The notes beneath the pieces were generated by a model that saw nothing but the letters and a program-made list of their open reading frames with translations, was not told the DNA's origin and ran no database searches. A stretch of DNA of 64,000 bases, taken from assembly GCA_944349375.1 (NCBI GenBank), contig CALVMV010000003.1, positions 26,755 through 90,754 of the forward strand, given 5' to 3'. Both the position numbers and the translations under genes were made by a program. The number at the start of each line of letters is the position of its first letter. The first letter of the stretch is position 1. The DNA comes from an uncultured Clostridia bacterium. GTDB lineage: Bacteria; Bacillota; Clostridia; Christensenellales; UBA1242. Positions 20,198 through 30,378 of the stretch are shown in pieces.

Positions 20198-20323
20198 AAA
20201 AAATAGATTTTTGGAAAGAAGGGTGTGCCTTCTTTTTTTTATCCTTTTTAAAATGTATAAGTGTTTATATTTATAAATTTCGTTTTTATAAATTTTCAAA
20301 ATTCAATATTTTTATAAAAAACG

Positions 20324-20420
20324 AGTGAATAATTATACAAAAAACGCTTGCATAATTATAAAAAATGATGTATAATAATCAAAAATGCATGAATAAACAT
20401 AAATTTATAATTATGCATAA
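20324..20420 (+). promoter_or_regulatory. argR promoter with tandem ARG boxes
   Basis: TGAATAATTATACA and TGCATAATTATAAA plus further partial boxes overlapping TTGCAT(20348)-17-TATAAT(20371). Confidence 0.75.
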
Positions 20421-20469
20421 CGGCTATACTCCTTTAAAATAAAGGGATATAGCGATTAGGAGAAAAAAC

Positions 20470-20922
20470 ATGGCAAGAAGCGCTAGACAATCAAAAATTT
20501 TGGAACTTATATCCACTAAAGAGATTGAAACCCAAGATGAACTCGCTAGAGAATTGAGAAATGCAAACTTTGAGATTACTCAAGCTACAATATCAAGGGA
20601 TATTAAAGAGCTTGGGCTTACAAAGATTTTGTCCCCCTCTGGAAAATATAAGTATTGTTTTGTTGGTTCCGAAGACCAAGTTATTTCTAATAAATACATA
20701 ACTATTTTTAAAGAATCAGTAATTTCTGTTAAGTCTGCTATGAATATTGCTGTTGTTAAAACAATGAAAGGCATGGCTAGTGGTATTTGTGGTTTTGTTG
20801 ATAAATTAAATTTAAATGAATTGATGGGCGCTTGCTATGGAGATGATACTGTTATGTTGATTTTTCCTACCACAATTTTGGCTGGAGATGCAGTTTTGAC
20901 TCTTAATAATATGCTTAATTAA
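20470..20922 (+). CDS. argR: Arginine repressor
   Basis: IETQDEL, TQATISRDIKEL, C-terminal GDDT. Confidence 0.95.
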   Translation: MARSARQSKILELISTKEIETQDELARELRNANFEITQATISRDIKELGLTKILSPSGKYKYCFVGSEDQVISNKYITIFKESVISVKSAMNIAVVKTMKGMASGICGFVDKLNLNELMGACYGDDTVMLIFPTTILAGDAVLTLNNMLN

Positions 20923-20933
20923 AAGAGGATAAA

Positions 20934-22610
20934 ATGTTACAAACATTAAAAATAGAAAATGTTGCGTTGATTAAGTCAACCACTATTGAGTTTGATAAAG
21001 GATTAAATATATTGCTTGGTGAAACTGGAGCAGGCAAAAGCCTTATTTTTAACAGTCTGCTTTTTGTTTTGGGTGCAAAGGCTGACAAATCTTTAATTAG
21101 AAACGGTGAACAATCAATGAGAGTTGAAGCATTGTTTGTTGACATAAATGAGCAAGCGAAAAAATATTTGTCTGATTCAGAATTTGATTATGATGGAGAA
21201 CTATTAATTTCAAGAAGTCTATTTGTTGATGGAAAATCGTCTATTAGAATTAATGGTATGATTGCTACTACTTCAATGCTGAAAGGGTTAGCTTTGAATC
21301 TAGTTGATAGTTATGAACAGCATGAAAATGTAGAATTATTAAATAATAAAAATCACATTTTATTGTTAGACAAATTTATAGGAGAGTCTATAGAAAATTT
21401 AAAAATTGAACTCGCCCAGTTGCTGACTTCTTATAAAACCTTAAACAAAGAGTTGCAGTCGATTGGTGGTGATGAGCAAGAAAGAGAAAGGCTTTTGTCT
21501 ATACTTAAATTTCAATATGATGAAATTTCAAATGCCGATTTGAAAAATGGTGAAATGGAAGATATTAAGGAGAGATTAAAAGTTCTTAATAGTGCAGAAA
21601 AAATCTTTGAAGCTATTTCTTCTTGCGAAACATTAATGGTAGAAAACTCTGACAGTGTTTTAACACAGTTGCAAGAAATGTCTTCACAATTATCGCCTTT
21701 AAGTAATATTGACAATATAGCACGATTAAAAGAAAGATTGGATAGTGCTAGATATGAATTAGAAGATATAAATTCATCACTTGATGATATAAAAAATTCT
21801 ATTTCATTTGATGAAAGGGAACTTGAGCAATTAGATTCAAGATACGATTTACTAAAAAATTTGTGTAAAAAATATGGTGGCTCTATTGATAAAGTATTGC
21901 AGTTTGCCGAAGAAACTAAAGAAAAACTAGAAAAGTTAGAAGACAGTGATTATCTTATCGAAAAATTAAACAAAGAAAAAAGCATCATTATGGGAAAAAT
22001 GCAGGCTTGTGCTAGACAAATTACATCGTTGCGTAGTAAGGCTGCAACAGAAATTGAATCTAAAGTAGGCGCTGAACTTAAACAACTAGGTATGAAATCT
22101 GCAATTTTTAAGATAAACATTTCTCAAAATAGTGAGATTACTTCTAGTGGGTTTGATGATGTTAAGTTTACTTTTTCTGCAAATGTAGGACAAGAAGTTA
22201 AAGATTTGTCTAAAACAGCTTCTGGCGGAGAATTAAGCAGATTTATGTTGGCAGTTAAAAATGTTATTTCTGCAGGTGCTACTAAAACTTTGTTGTTTGA
22301 TGAAATTGATTCTGGAATTAGTGGGGAAATAGGAAAGGTTGTTGGTGTAAAATTGAAAAATATTTCAAAAGATAACCAAGTTATATGTATTACTCATTTA
22401 CCTCAAGTTGCTTCTTTTGGTGATAATTTTATCAATGTTTATAAAGTCGAAGAACAAGGACAAACATTCTCTAAAGCACAACCTTTGCAAGAAAATAATG
22501 TTGTTGAGGCAATTGCTAAAATGATTAGTGGTAATCAGCCTTCATTGGTTGCCATAAACCATGTTATTGAGATGATTGATGAAAGTAAAAAATTGTTTAA
22601 CAATTTGTAA
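20934..22610 (+). CDS. recN: DNA repair protein RecN
   Basis: GETGAGKS, coiled coil, ASGGELSR, FDEIDSGISG, ITHLPQVA. Confidence 0.96.
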   Translation: MLQTLKIENVALIKSTTIEFDKGLNILLGETGAGKSLIFNSLLFVLGAKADKSLIRNGEQSMRVEALFVDINEQAKKYLSDSEFDYDGELLISRSLFVDGKSSIRINGMIATTSMLKGLALNLVDSYEQHENVELLNNKNHILLLDKFIGESIENLKIELAQLLTSYKTLNKELQSIGGDEQERERLLSILKFQYDEISNADLKNGEMEDIKERLKVLNSAEKIFEAISSCETLMVENSDSVLTQLQEMSSQLSPLSNIDNIARLKERLDSARYELEDINSSLDDIKNSISFDERELEQLDSRYDLLKNLCKKYGGSIDKVLQFAEETKEKLEKLEDSDYLIEKLNKEKSIIMGKMQACARQITSLRSKAATEIESKVGAELKQLGMKSAIFKINISQNSEITSSGFDDVKFTFSANVGQEVKDLSKTASGGELSRFMLAVKNVISAGATKTLLFDEIDSGISGEIGKVVGVKLKNISKDNQVICITHLPQVASFGDNFINVYKVEEQGQTFSKAQPLQENNVVEAIAKMISGNQPSLVAINHVIEMIDESKKLFNNL

Positions 22611-22671
22611 AAAGAGTAATATTCCAAAATTGCTCTTTTTTATTTTTTACATATTTAAATGTTAAGATTGT

Positions 22672-22700
22672 TTGACTTAATTGGTTTTATAGTGTAAAAT
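22672..22700 (+). promoter_or_regulatory. Sigma-A promoter of ruvCAB, probably leaderless
   Basis: TTGACT-17-TAAAAT, then 6 nt to ATG 22707; no SD. Confidence 0.65.
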
Positions 22701-22706
22701 TTGTTT

Positions 22707-23195
22707 ATGGTTATTTTAGGGATTGATCCAGGTTATGCAATTATAGGTTATGGCATACTTGATACTGCAAAAAAGGATATGTTGTTAGATTATGGTGCTA
22801 TTGTAACTCCTAAAGAAGATAGCATGCCTGTTAGATTAGAGAATATTGATAAAAGTTTGAAATTCCTTTTTGATAAATACAAACCAGATGTTGTAGCAAT
22901 AGAAGAACTCTTTTATTTTAAAAATCAAAAAACGGTTATTCAGGTGGCTCAGGCTAGAGGTGTGATTTTGCTTGCATGTCAAAAATATTGTGGCAATATT
23001 TATGAATATACACCTTTACAAATTAAACAGGCCTTAACTGGACAAGGAAGAGCAGAAAAAGCGCAGGTTCAATTTATGGTTAAGGCTATTTTAGGACTCA
23101 ATTCAATTCCCAAACCAGATGATGCTGCAGATGCGTTAGCTGTTGCTATTTGTCATAGTCAGTCTAGTCCGGTTTTAAATCAAAATAAAATTTAG
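22707..23195 (+). CDS. ruvC: Holliday junction resolvase
   Basis: ILGIDPG, AIEELF, AQARGV, YTPLQIK, PDDAADALAVAICH. Confidence 0.97.
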   Translation: MVILGIDPGYAIIGYGILDTAKKDMLLDYGAIVTPKEDSMPVRLENIDKSLKFLFDKYKPDVVAIEELFYFKNQKTVIQVAQARGVILLACQKYCGNIYEYTPLQIKQALTGQGRAEKAQVQFMVKAILGLNSIPKPDDAADALAVAICHSQSSPVLNQNKI

Positions 23196-23203
23196 GAGAA
23201 ATT

Positions 23204-23794
23204 ATGATATCTTTTTTAGTAGGTGTTATAGAAGAAAAAAATGAAAATCAGTTGATTATGGATGTTAATGGTGTAGGATATGATGTTTGCGTTTCTTCTA
23301 ATACTTTATCATCTTTGCCACTTGCGGGAGAAACTGTTAAAATTTACACTTATTTAGCTGTAAGAGAAGATGGAGTATATTTATATGGTTTTTCTTCTAA
23401 AGAAGAGCGAGAGCTTTTTTATAAACTTATAACTGTTAGCGGTGTAGGCCCAAAGCTGGCAATATCAATTTTGTCAGGGTTGAGTTTGTCTGATTTAATT
23501 TTAGCTATTATACAGGAAGATTCTAAATTGTTGTCAAAAATTAAAGGTTTAGGCAAAAAAACTGCTGAAAGGATATGCCTTGAACTTAAAGATAAATTAG
23601 ATAAAAATCAATCTTCAGATGTTGCAAAATTTGATACAAATTACAATGAAGATGCTGTCCAAATGGCTACTGATACTCTTATAAGTTTGGGAATAAATAA
23701 AAATGAAGCTTATATGCTAGCTAGAGCTAATGCTCAAAATGATGCTACAGCAGAAGAAATCATATCAAAGGCATTAAGGGGGTACAAAGGTTGA
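23204..23794 (+). CDS. ruvA: Holliday junction branch migration protein RuvA
   Basis: [35 protein letters not shown]. Confidence 0.97.
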   Translation: MISFLVGVIEEKNENQLIMDVNGVGYDVCVSSNTLSSLPLAGETVKIYTYLAVREDGVYLYGFSSKEERELFYKLITVSGVGPKLAISILSGLSLSDLILAIIQEDSKLLSKIKGLGKKTAERICLELKDKLDKNQSSDVAKFDTNYNEDAVQMATDTLISLGINKNEAYMLARANAQNDATAEEIISKALRGYKG

Positions 23795-24795
23795 AAGAAG
23801 AAGAAAGATTCATTCAAAGCAGTAAAAATTTAACCGATGCGGAAATAGAAAACTCTTTAAGACCTACTTCATTTGATGAGTATGTTGGTCAAACGAAAGT
23901 TAAAGAGTCTTTAAATGTTTATATACAAGCTGCTAAATCAAGGAAAGAAAGTTTAGACCATGTCCTTCTTTATGGGCCTCCAGGGCTTGGAAAGACAACT
24001 CTTTCTCATATAATTGCAAATGAATTGGGTTCGCAATTTAAAGTAACCTCAGGACCAGCAATAGAACATGCTGCAGACCTGGCGGCTATCTTGACTAACT
24101 TAAATCAAAATGATGTTTTGTTTATAGATGAGATTCATAGATTGAATAAAACTGTAGAAGAAATTTTATATCCAGCTATGGAAGATTTTGCTCTTGATTT
24201 TATCGTAGGCAAAGGGCCTTCTGCTAGAAATATGAGATTAAAAATTAAGCCGTTTACTTTAATAGGAGCAACTACTAGAGCAGGTATGTTGACAAATCCT
24301 TTGAGAGATAGGTTTGGGGTTATATGTAGGCTTGAATTATATACCATTGACGAACTTACCATTATAATTAAAAGATCGGCGCAAATACTGGGAATTAAGA
24401 TAGATAATGATGCTGCAATAGAAATTGCGAAGCGTTCTAGAGGCACGCCTAGAATTGCTAATAGATTGCTTAAAAGGGTGAGAGATTATGCTCAAGTTAT
24501 AGGGCAAGGTGTTGTGAATAAGGATATTGCTAACAAAACTTTGCAAGTAATGGAAATAGATGAACTTGGACTAGATGTAATTGATAGAAAAATTTTAACT
24601 ACAATTATAAACAAGTTCGGCGGTGGACCAGTCGGATTAGATACATTAGCTGCTACAATAAGCGAAGATGCAACAACTATCGAAGATGTTTATGAGCCTT
24701 ATCTTCTTCAACTTGGTTTTATTTCTAGAACGCCAAGAGGTAGAGTTGCTTTAGAAGGAGCTTATAAACACTTTGCCATACCTTATGATAAATAA
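23791..24795 (+). CDS. ruvB: Holliday junction DNA helicase RuvB
   Basis: [50 protein letters not shown]; TTG start overlapping the ruvA stop. Confidence 0.98.
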   Translation: MKEEERFIQSSKNLTDAEIENSLRPTSFDEYVGQTKVKESLNVYIQAAKSRKESLDHVLLYGPPGLGKTTLSHIIANELGSQFKVTSGPAIEHAADLAAILTNLNQNDVLFIDEIHRLNKTVEEILYPAMEDFALDFIVGKGPSARNMRLKIKPFTLIGATTRAGMLTNPLRDRFGVICRLELYTIDELTIIIKRSAQILGIKIDNDAAIEIAKRSRGTPRIANRLLKRVRDYAQVIGQGVVNKDIANKTLQVMEIDELGLDVIDRKILTTIINKFGGGPVGLDTLAATISEDATTIEDVYEPYLLQLGFISRTPRGRVALEGAYKHFAIPYDK

Positions 24796-24810
24796 CTTAA
24801 AGGTGAAGAA

Positions 24811-25857
24811 ATGTCAAATATAAAAAATGAAGATTTGTTAAAAAAAGAAAGCTATTTTTATGATTTGCCAGAAGAATTAATAGCTCAAACTCCAATAGAA
24901 CCTAGGGATAGCTCTAGGCTTTTGGTTTATTCTAAAGATGCTAAAAAAATTCAACATGATAAATTTTATAATATTTTAAATTATCTTAAGAAAGGTGATG
25001 TTTTAGTTGTAAATAATACTAGAGTTTTGCCCGCAAGATTGTTTGGCTATAAAGACACTGGTGCAAAGATAGAGATATTATTACAAAAAAGATTGAACTT
25101 AAAAGAATGGGAAGTTATTGCAAGACCCTTTAAAAGGTTAAGCGAGGGGACAGAAATTCATTTTAGTGAAAATTTGAGTTGTGTTATATTAAAAAAATAT
25201 GAATATGGTAGTTGCTTAATTAAATTTCAATATGATGGGGTTTTTGAAACTAGGCTTGAGGAAGTTGGACAAGTTCCTTTGCCTCCATATATTCATGAAA
25301 AATTAAAAGATAAAGAGAGATATCAAACTGTTTACGCAAAAGTTGAAGGTTCTTCTGCTGCGCCTACAGCGGGACTTCATTTTACTAAACAATTGCTTAA
25401 TAAAATTAAAGATTTTGGAATTGAAATTGTAGAAGTGTTACTGCATGTTGGATTGGGAACTTTCCGTCCTGTTAAAGAAAGCAATATTTTAGAGCATAAA
25501 ATGCATAGTGAATATATTGAAATGTCTGAAAGAAATGCGGAGATAATTAATCAGGCAAAGAAGGAAGGGCGAAGAATTATTGCGGTGGGCACAACTAGTG
25601 TTAGAGTTTTAGAAAGTTGTTGTGATGATAATGGAATAATCATCCCGCAACATAGAGAAACGGATATTTTTATTTATCCTTCTTATAAATTTAAAGTGGT
25701 AGATGCTTTGATAACAAATTTTCATTTGCCTGAAAGCACTTTAATTATGCTTGTTTCTGCATTTGCAGGATATGATGAAACCATGAAAATATACAAAACG
25801 GCTGTTCAAGAAAAATATAGATTTTTTTCTTTTGGTGATGCAATGTTTATATATTAA
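24811..25857 (+). CDS. queA: S-adenosylmethionine:tRNA ribosyltransferase-isomerase
   Basis: LPEELIAQ, PLPPYI, AAPTAGLHF, HVGLGTFRP, TNFHLP, RFFSFGDAM. Confidence 0.98.
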   Translation: MSNIKNEDLLKKESYFYDLPEELIAQTPIEPRDSSRLLVYSKDAKKIQHDKFYNILNYLKKGDVLVVNNTRVLPARLFGYKDTGAKIEILLQKRLNLKEWEVIARPFKRLSEGTEIHFSENLSCVILKKYEYGSCLIKFQYDGVFETRLEEVGQVPLPPYIHEKLKDKERYQTVYAKVEGSSAAPTAGLHFTKQLLNKIKDFGIEIVEVLLHVGLGTFRPVKESNILEHKMHSEYIEMSERNAEIINQAKKEGRRIIAVGTTSVRVLESCCDDNGIIIPQHRETDIFIYPSYKFKVVDALITNFHLPESTLIMLVSAFAGYDETMKIYKTAVQEKYRFFSFGDAMFIY

Positions 25858-25930
25858 TGCTATATGTTGTAGTTATGCGCACATAATAGCTACTATTTAA
25901 AACTAAAAAAATATGTTAAAATAAAGGTAG

Positions 25931-27061
<1,131 letters not shown>

Positions 27062-27064
27062 AAC

Positions 27065-27100
27065 AAAACTTTGCTTACTTCTTGTGAGCAAAGTTTTTTT
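27065..27100 (+). terminator. Terminator after tgt
   Basis: aaaactttgctta...tgagcaaagtttt plus T-tract. Confidence 0.75.
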
Positions 27101-27119
27101 ATTTCCTGTCTTTAATTGT

Positions 27120-27148
27120 TTGACTTGATTGTAAAATATTGTTATAAT
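27120..27148 (+). promoter_or_regulatory. Sigma-A promoter of rny
   Basis: TTGACT-17-TATAAT with extended TG. Confidence 0.75.
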
Positions 27149-27276
27149 TATTTTGGTTATTTAAAATTTAAGTTGGCATCAACTTTTTATATAAATTTTA
27201 TTAAAACAAAGACATGTGCTAGATGTCAACAATTTTTTCAAAATTACCAAATCTTAATTTAATAAAAGGGGAAATT

Positions 27277-28869
27277 ATGAACAACAGTATTAGTTTATTA
27301 TGTGATGCTGTTGCTACCGCAGGTGTTGTTGCTGGAATATGCGCACTTATAGTAGGTTTAATAATTGGTATTTTTGTTTATAAATTTGTTATTGACAAAA
27401 AAATTAACAAGAATAAATCTAATGCAGTAAAAATTATTGAAGATGCCTATGCGGAAGCAAAAAGCGTAAAAAAAGAATCTATTTTAGAAGCAAAAGAAGA
27501 AGCTCAAAAAATTAGAGATGAAGCTAACAATGAGGCAAATGAAAGAAGGCGAGAGATACAAAAACAAGAAGAAAGATTAGATCAAAGAGAAGAGTATGTA
27601 ACTAAAAAAGAACAACTTTTAGATACTAAATCTGAACAAATCGAAAATGAAAAGCAAAAGGTTGAAGATGAAAAATTAAAACTAAGTGAAAAAATCAATG
27701 AACAAGAAGTAATAAAAGTTCAAATGCTTGAAAAACTTGAAAAAATTTCAGGGTTATCAAAGAAAGAGGCAAAAGATATTTTAATTGAAAGCATTACTGA
27801 TGAAGCAAAAAAAGATGCTGGAGCAATTGTAAAACAAATTGAAGATGAAGCCAGAGAAAATGCTGAAAAACATGCACAAGAAATTGTAATTGGAGCAATA
27901 CAAAAGTGTGCAACAGACCTTACGAGTGAGATGACAGTAACATCAGTTGCTCTTCCAAATGATGAAATGAAAGGCAGAATTATTGGTCGTGAAGGACGAA
28001 ATATTCGTTCTATTGAAAGTGCAACTGGAGTTGAACTTATAGTTGATGATACACCTGAAACAATTACCATTTCTAGTTTTGATCCTTTTAGAAGAGAGAT
28101 CGCAAGATTATCTCTTGAAAAACTTATTGTTGATGGAAGAATTCATCCTGGAAGAATCGAAGAAATTGTTGAGAAATCTACAATTGAAGTAGAAAAAGCA
28201 ATCAAAGAAGCTGGAGAAAATGCTTGCAACGAAACTCAAATTTATAATTTAAATCCTGAACTTGTTAAAGTTTTAGGAAGATTAAAGTTTAGAACTAGTT
28301 ATGGACAAAATTGCTTAAAACATAGTGTTGAAACATCAATTATTGCTGGTTTAATCGCGGCTGAAATTGGTGCAAATGTTACTGTGGCAAAAAGGGGAGG
28401 CCTTTTACATGATATAGGGAAAGCTCTTGACCACGAAATCGAAGGGACACATGTTTCTATTGGAGTTGACCTTGCAAAAAAATATAAAGAAAATGAAGCT
28501 GTGATTCATTGTATAGAAGCTCACCATGGTAACGTTCCTTTTCATAGTATAGAAGCTATTATAGTTCAAGTGGCAGATGCAATATCAAGTTCTAGACCAG
28601 GCGCAAGACGAGAAAGTTTTGAAAACTATATAAAAAGATTGCAGCAACTTGAAACAATTTGCAATGATTTTAAAGGTGTTGAAAAATCTTATGCAATTCA
28701 GGCTGGTAGAGAAGTTCGTATTATGGTAAAACCAGATGAAATTAGTGATAACGAAGCTTTATTTATGGCAAAAGAAATTGCAAAAAGAATTGAAAACGAA
28801 ATGCAGTATCCTGGTCAAATTAAAGTTAACGTTATTAGAGAATCAAGATTTACTGATACAGCTAAATAA
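27277..28869 (+). CDS. rny: Ribonuclease Y
   Basis: N-terminal TM, coiled coil, KH (KGRIIGREGRNIR), HD domain (LLHDIGK, EAHH, RPGAR); start after SD AAGGGG. Confidence 0.97.
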   Translation: MNNSISLLCDAVATAGVVAGICALIVGLIIGIFVYKFVIDKKINKNKSNAVKIIEDAYAEAKSVKKESILEAKEEAQKIRDEANNEANERRREIQKQEERLDQREEYVTKKEQLLDTKSEQIENEKQKVEDEKLKLSEKINEQEVIKVQMLEKLEKISGLSKKEAKDILIESITDEAKKDAGAIVKQIEDEARENAEKHAQEIVIGAIQKCATDLTSEMTVTSVALPNDEMKGRIIGREGRNIRSIESATGVELIVDDTPETITISSFDPFRREIARLSLEKLIVDGRIHPGRIEEIVEKSTIEVEKAIKEAGENACNETQIYNLNPELVKVLGRLKFRTSYGQNCLKHSVETSIIAGLIAAEIGANVTVAKRGGLLHDIGKALDHEIEGTHVSIGVDLAKKYKENEAVIHCIEAHHGNVPFHSIEAIIVQVADAISSSRPGARRESFENYIKRLQQLETICNDFKGVEKSYAIQAGREVRIMVKPDEISDNEALFMAKEIAKRIENEMQYPGQIKVNVIRESRFTDTAK

Positions 28870-28972
28870 CAAAAAAGCCTATATTTATATTTAGGCTTTT
28901 TTATTTGTTTGATAATAAAGTTCGTGTTAAAAAATATAAAGTTTAATATGAGATTTTTAAAAAGCAAAAAAA

Positions 28973-29000
28973 AGAAGAATGGTCGATTGACTATTCTTCT
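28973..29000 (-). terminator. Terminator downstream of the recombinase gene
   Basis: agaagaatggtc-gatt-gactattcttct hairpin with an A-run on its left (U-tract on the - strand). Confidence 0.75.
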
Positions 29001-29096
29001 CTTTTAATGTGAAGCATATTTCCTTCACAGTTATAATTTGTGCAAAACACAAAAATATATACACCTTTAAAAAATTTTTTTATTTTAAATGGTAAT

Positions 29097-30143
29097 TTAT
29101 TGATCTGTATTTCTTAATTGTAAAACATTTGCAACACTTTTTCTCATGTCTTCATTAATAGCAGCATAATGCTTCTTTGTAGTATTTACATCTTTATGTC
29201 CTAGAACATCTGCTACAATATAAATATCTTTAGTTTCTCGATAAAGGTTAGTCCCAAATGTACTTCTAAGCTTATGAGGGGAAATCTTTTTCAAAGGAGA
29301 GGCAATTTTAGCAAATTTTTTTACTAAATTTTCAACTGCTCTTATTGAAATTCGTTTATTTTGCAAAGATATAAACATGGCTTTTTCTTCTTGTGATATT
29401 GGAAGGGTGGCTCGTTTTTCTAACCATGTTTTTAACGCCATAGCTACTTCATCTGAAAAATACAACATTGATTTGTTACCACCTTTTCTAGTAACTACGA
29501 AAGCATTTTCTTTAAAGTCGAAATTATCTATGTCTAATCCCACAAGTTCAGAGATTCTTATGCCTGTTCCTAAAAATAAAGTTACTATAGCATTATCCCT
29601 TTCAAAAGTATTTTTGTTATAAGATTTTTGCTTTTGTGTAAAATCTAGTGGATTTTCAATAGCATTAAGCATTTTTGAAACTTCATCTTTCTCTAGTCTA
29701 ATTATTTCTTTATTATGTAATTTTGGTGTTTCAATTTTGCTTACTACATTAGAAGATATGAGGTCATGATTAAATAAATACTTGAAAAAACTTCTTAAAG
29801 AAGCTAGTTTTCTAGCTTTTCCGCGTTCTTTATTTTGGCTAACTTTATTATTTTCACCACTATAATAAGATAAGTAAGATAAGAATTGTTCTATATCACG
29901 AGATTTAAGTTTATTTAAATCCTCAAAAGAGATCTCTTTCTTTTTTTTATGAAAAATATTTTCCGATATATATTCAAAAAATACATTTAAATCCATCGCA
30001 TAATTATATCTAGTTAGCGAAGATGTGTTATTTTCAATACCTATAAAAAAATCTAAGCAATAATAGGGGAGAGATTCCAAGTATTTGCTCATTTTCATTC
30101 TATTTTTTAAATCTCTTTTTTCATAAAATGATAATTTATCCAT
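29097..30143 (-). CDS. XerS-like tyrosine recombinase (348 aa)
   Basis: Full catalytic set: GTGIRISE (R), TRKGG (K), PHKLR (HxxR), LGHKD (H), TKKHY (Y); N-terminus LPYYCLDFF..T..NY..D..FF resembles XerS-type; no flanking mobile-element genes. Confidence 0.85.
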   Translation of the reverse strand: MDKLSFYEKRDLKNRMKMSKYLESLPYYCLDFFIGIENNTSSLTRYNYAMDLNVFFEYISENIFHKKKKEISFEDLNKLKSRDIEQFLSYLSYYSGENNKVSQNKERGKARKLASLRSFFKYLFNHDLISSNVVSKIETPKLHNKEIIRLEKDEVSKMLNAIENPLDFTQKQKSYNKNTFERDNAIVTLFLGTGIRISELVGLDIDNFDFKENAFVVTRKGGNKSMLYFSDEVAMALKTWLEKRATLPISQEEKAMFISLQNKRISIRAVENLVKKFAKIASPLKKISPHKLRSTFGTNLYRETKDIYIVADVLGHKDVNTTKKHYAAINEDMRKSVANVLQLRNTDQ

Positions 30144-30190
30144 AGTTAAAGGATAGCACATTTGTTTGAAAAAACAAAACAAAAACAGAT

Positions 30191-30204
30191 ATCTATGCGT
30201 AAAA
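30191..30204. promoter_or_regulatory. Half-site identical to the arm of the 32746-32783 palindrome
   Basis: ATCTATGCGTAAAA, exact 14-nt match, just upstream of the recombinase -35 region. Confidence 0.65.
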
Positions 30205-30378
30205 TATTTAATTTTTCAGTTTTGGTTTAACATAATACTTACAATATATTGTATCTACTATATTTTTATAATAGAAAAAGAATTTATTTAAATTTTTAAA
30301 TATATTTTTAAATTATCACTTAATTAATTTGACTATTTTAGTAAAAAAAGGTAAGATATTTGTTAAGTGAGGAAGGTT

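Noticed and set aside
25868-25896. TTATGCGCACATAA and surrounding inverted repeat between queA and tgt, superficially dif-like
   Set aside because: No arm-spacer-arm geometry; more likely a weak RNA hairpin.
29097-30143. Recombinase as a prophage or ICE integrase
   Set aside because: Flanked by rny and serS with no phage, conjugation or excisionase genes and no att duplication seen; a housekeeping Xer role fits better.
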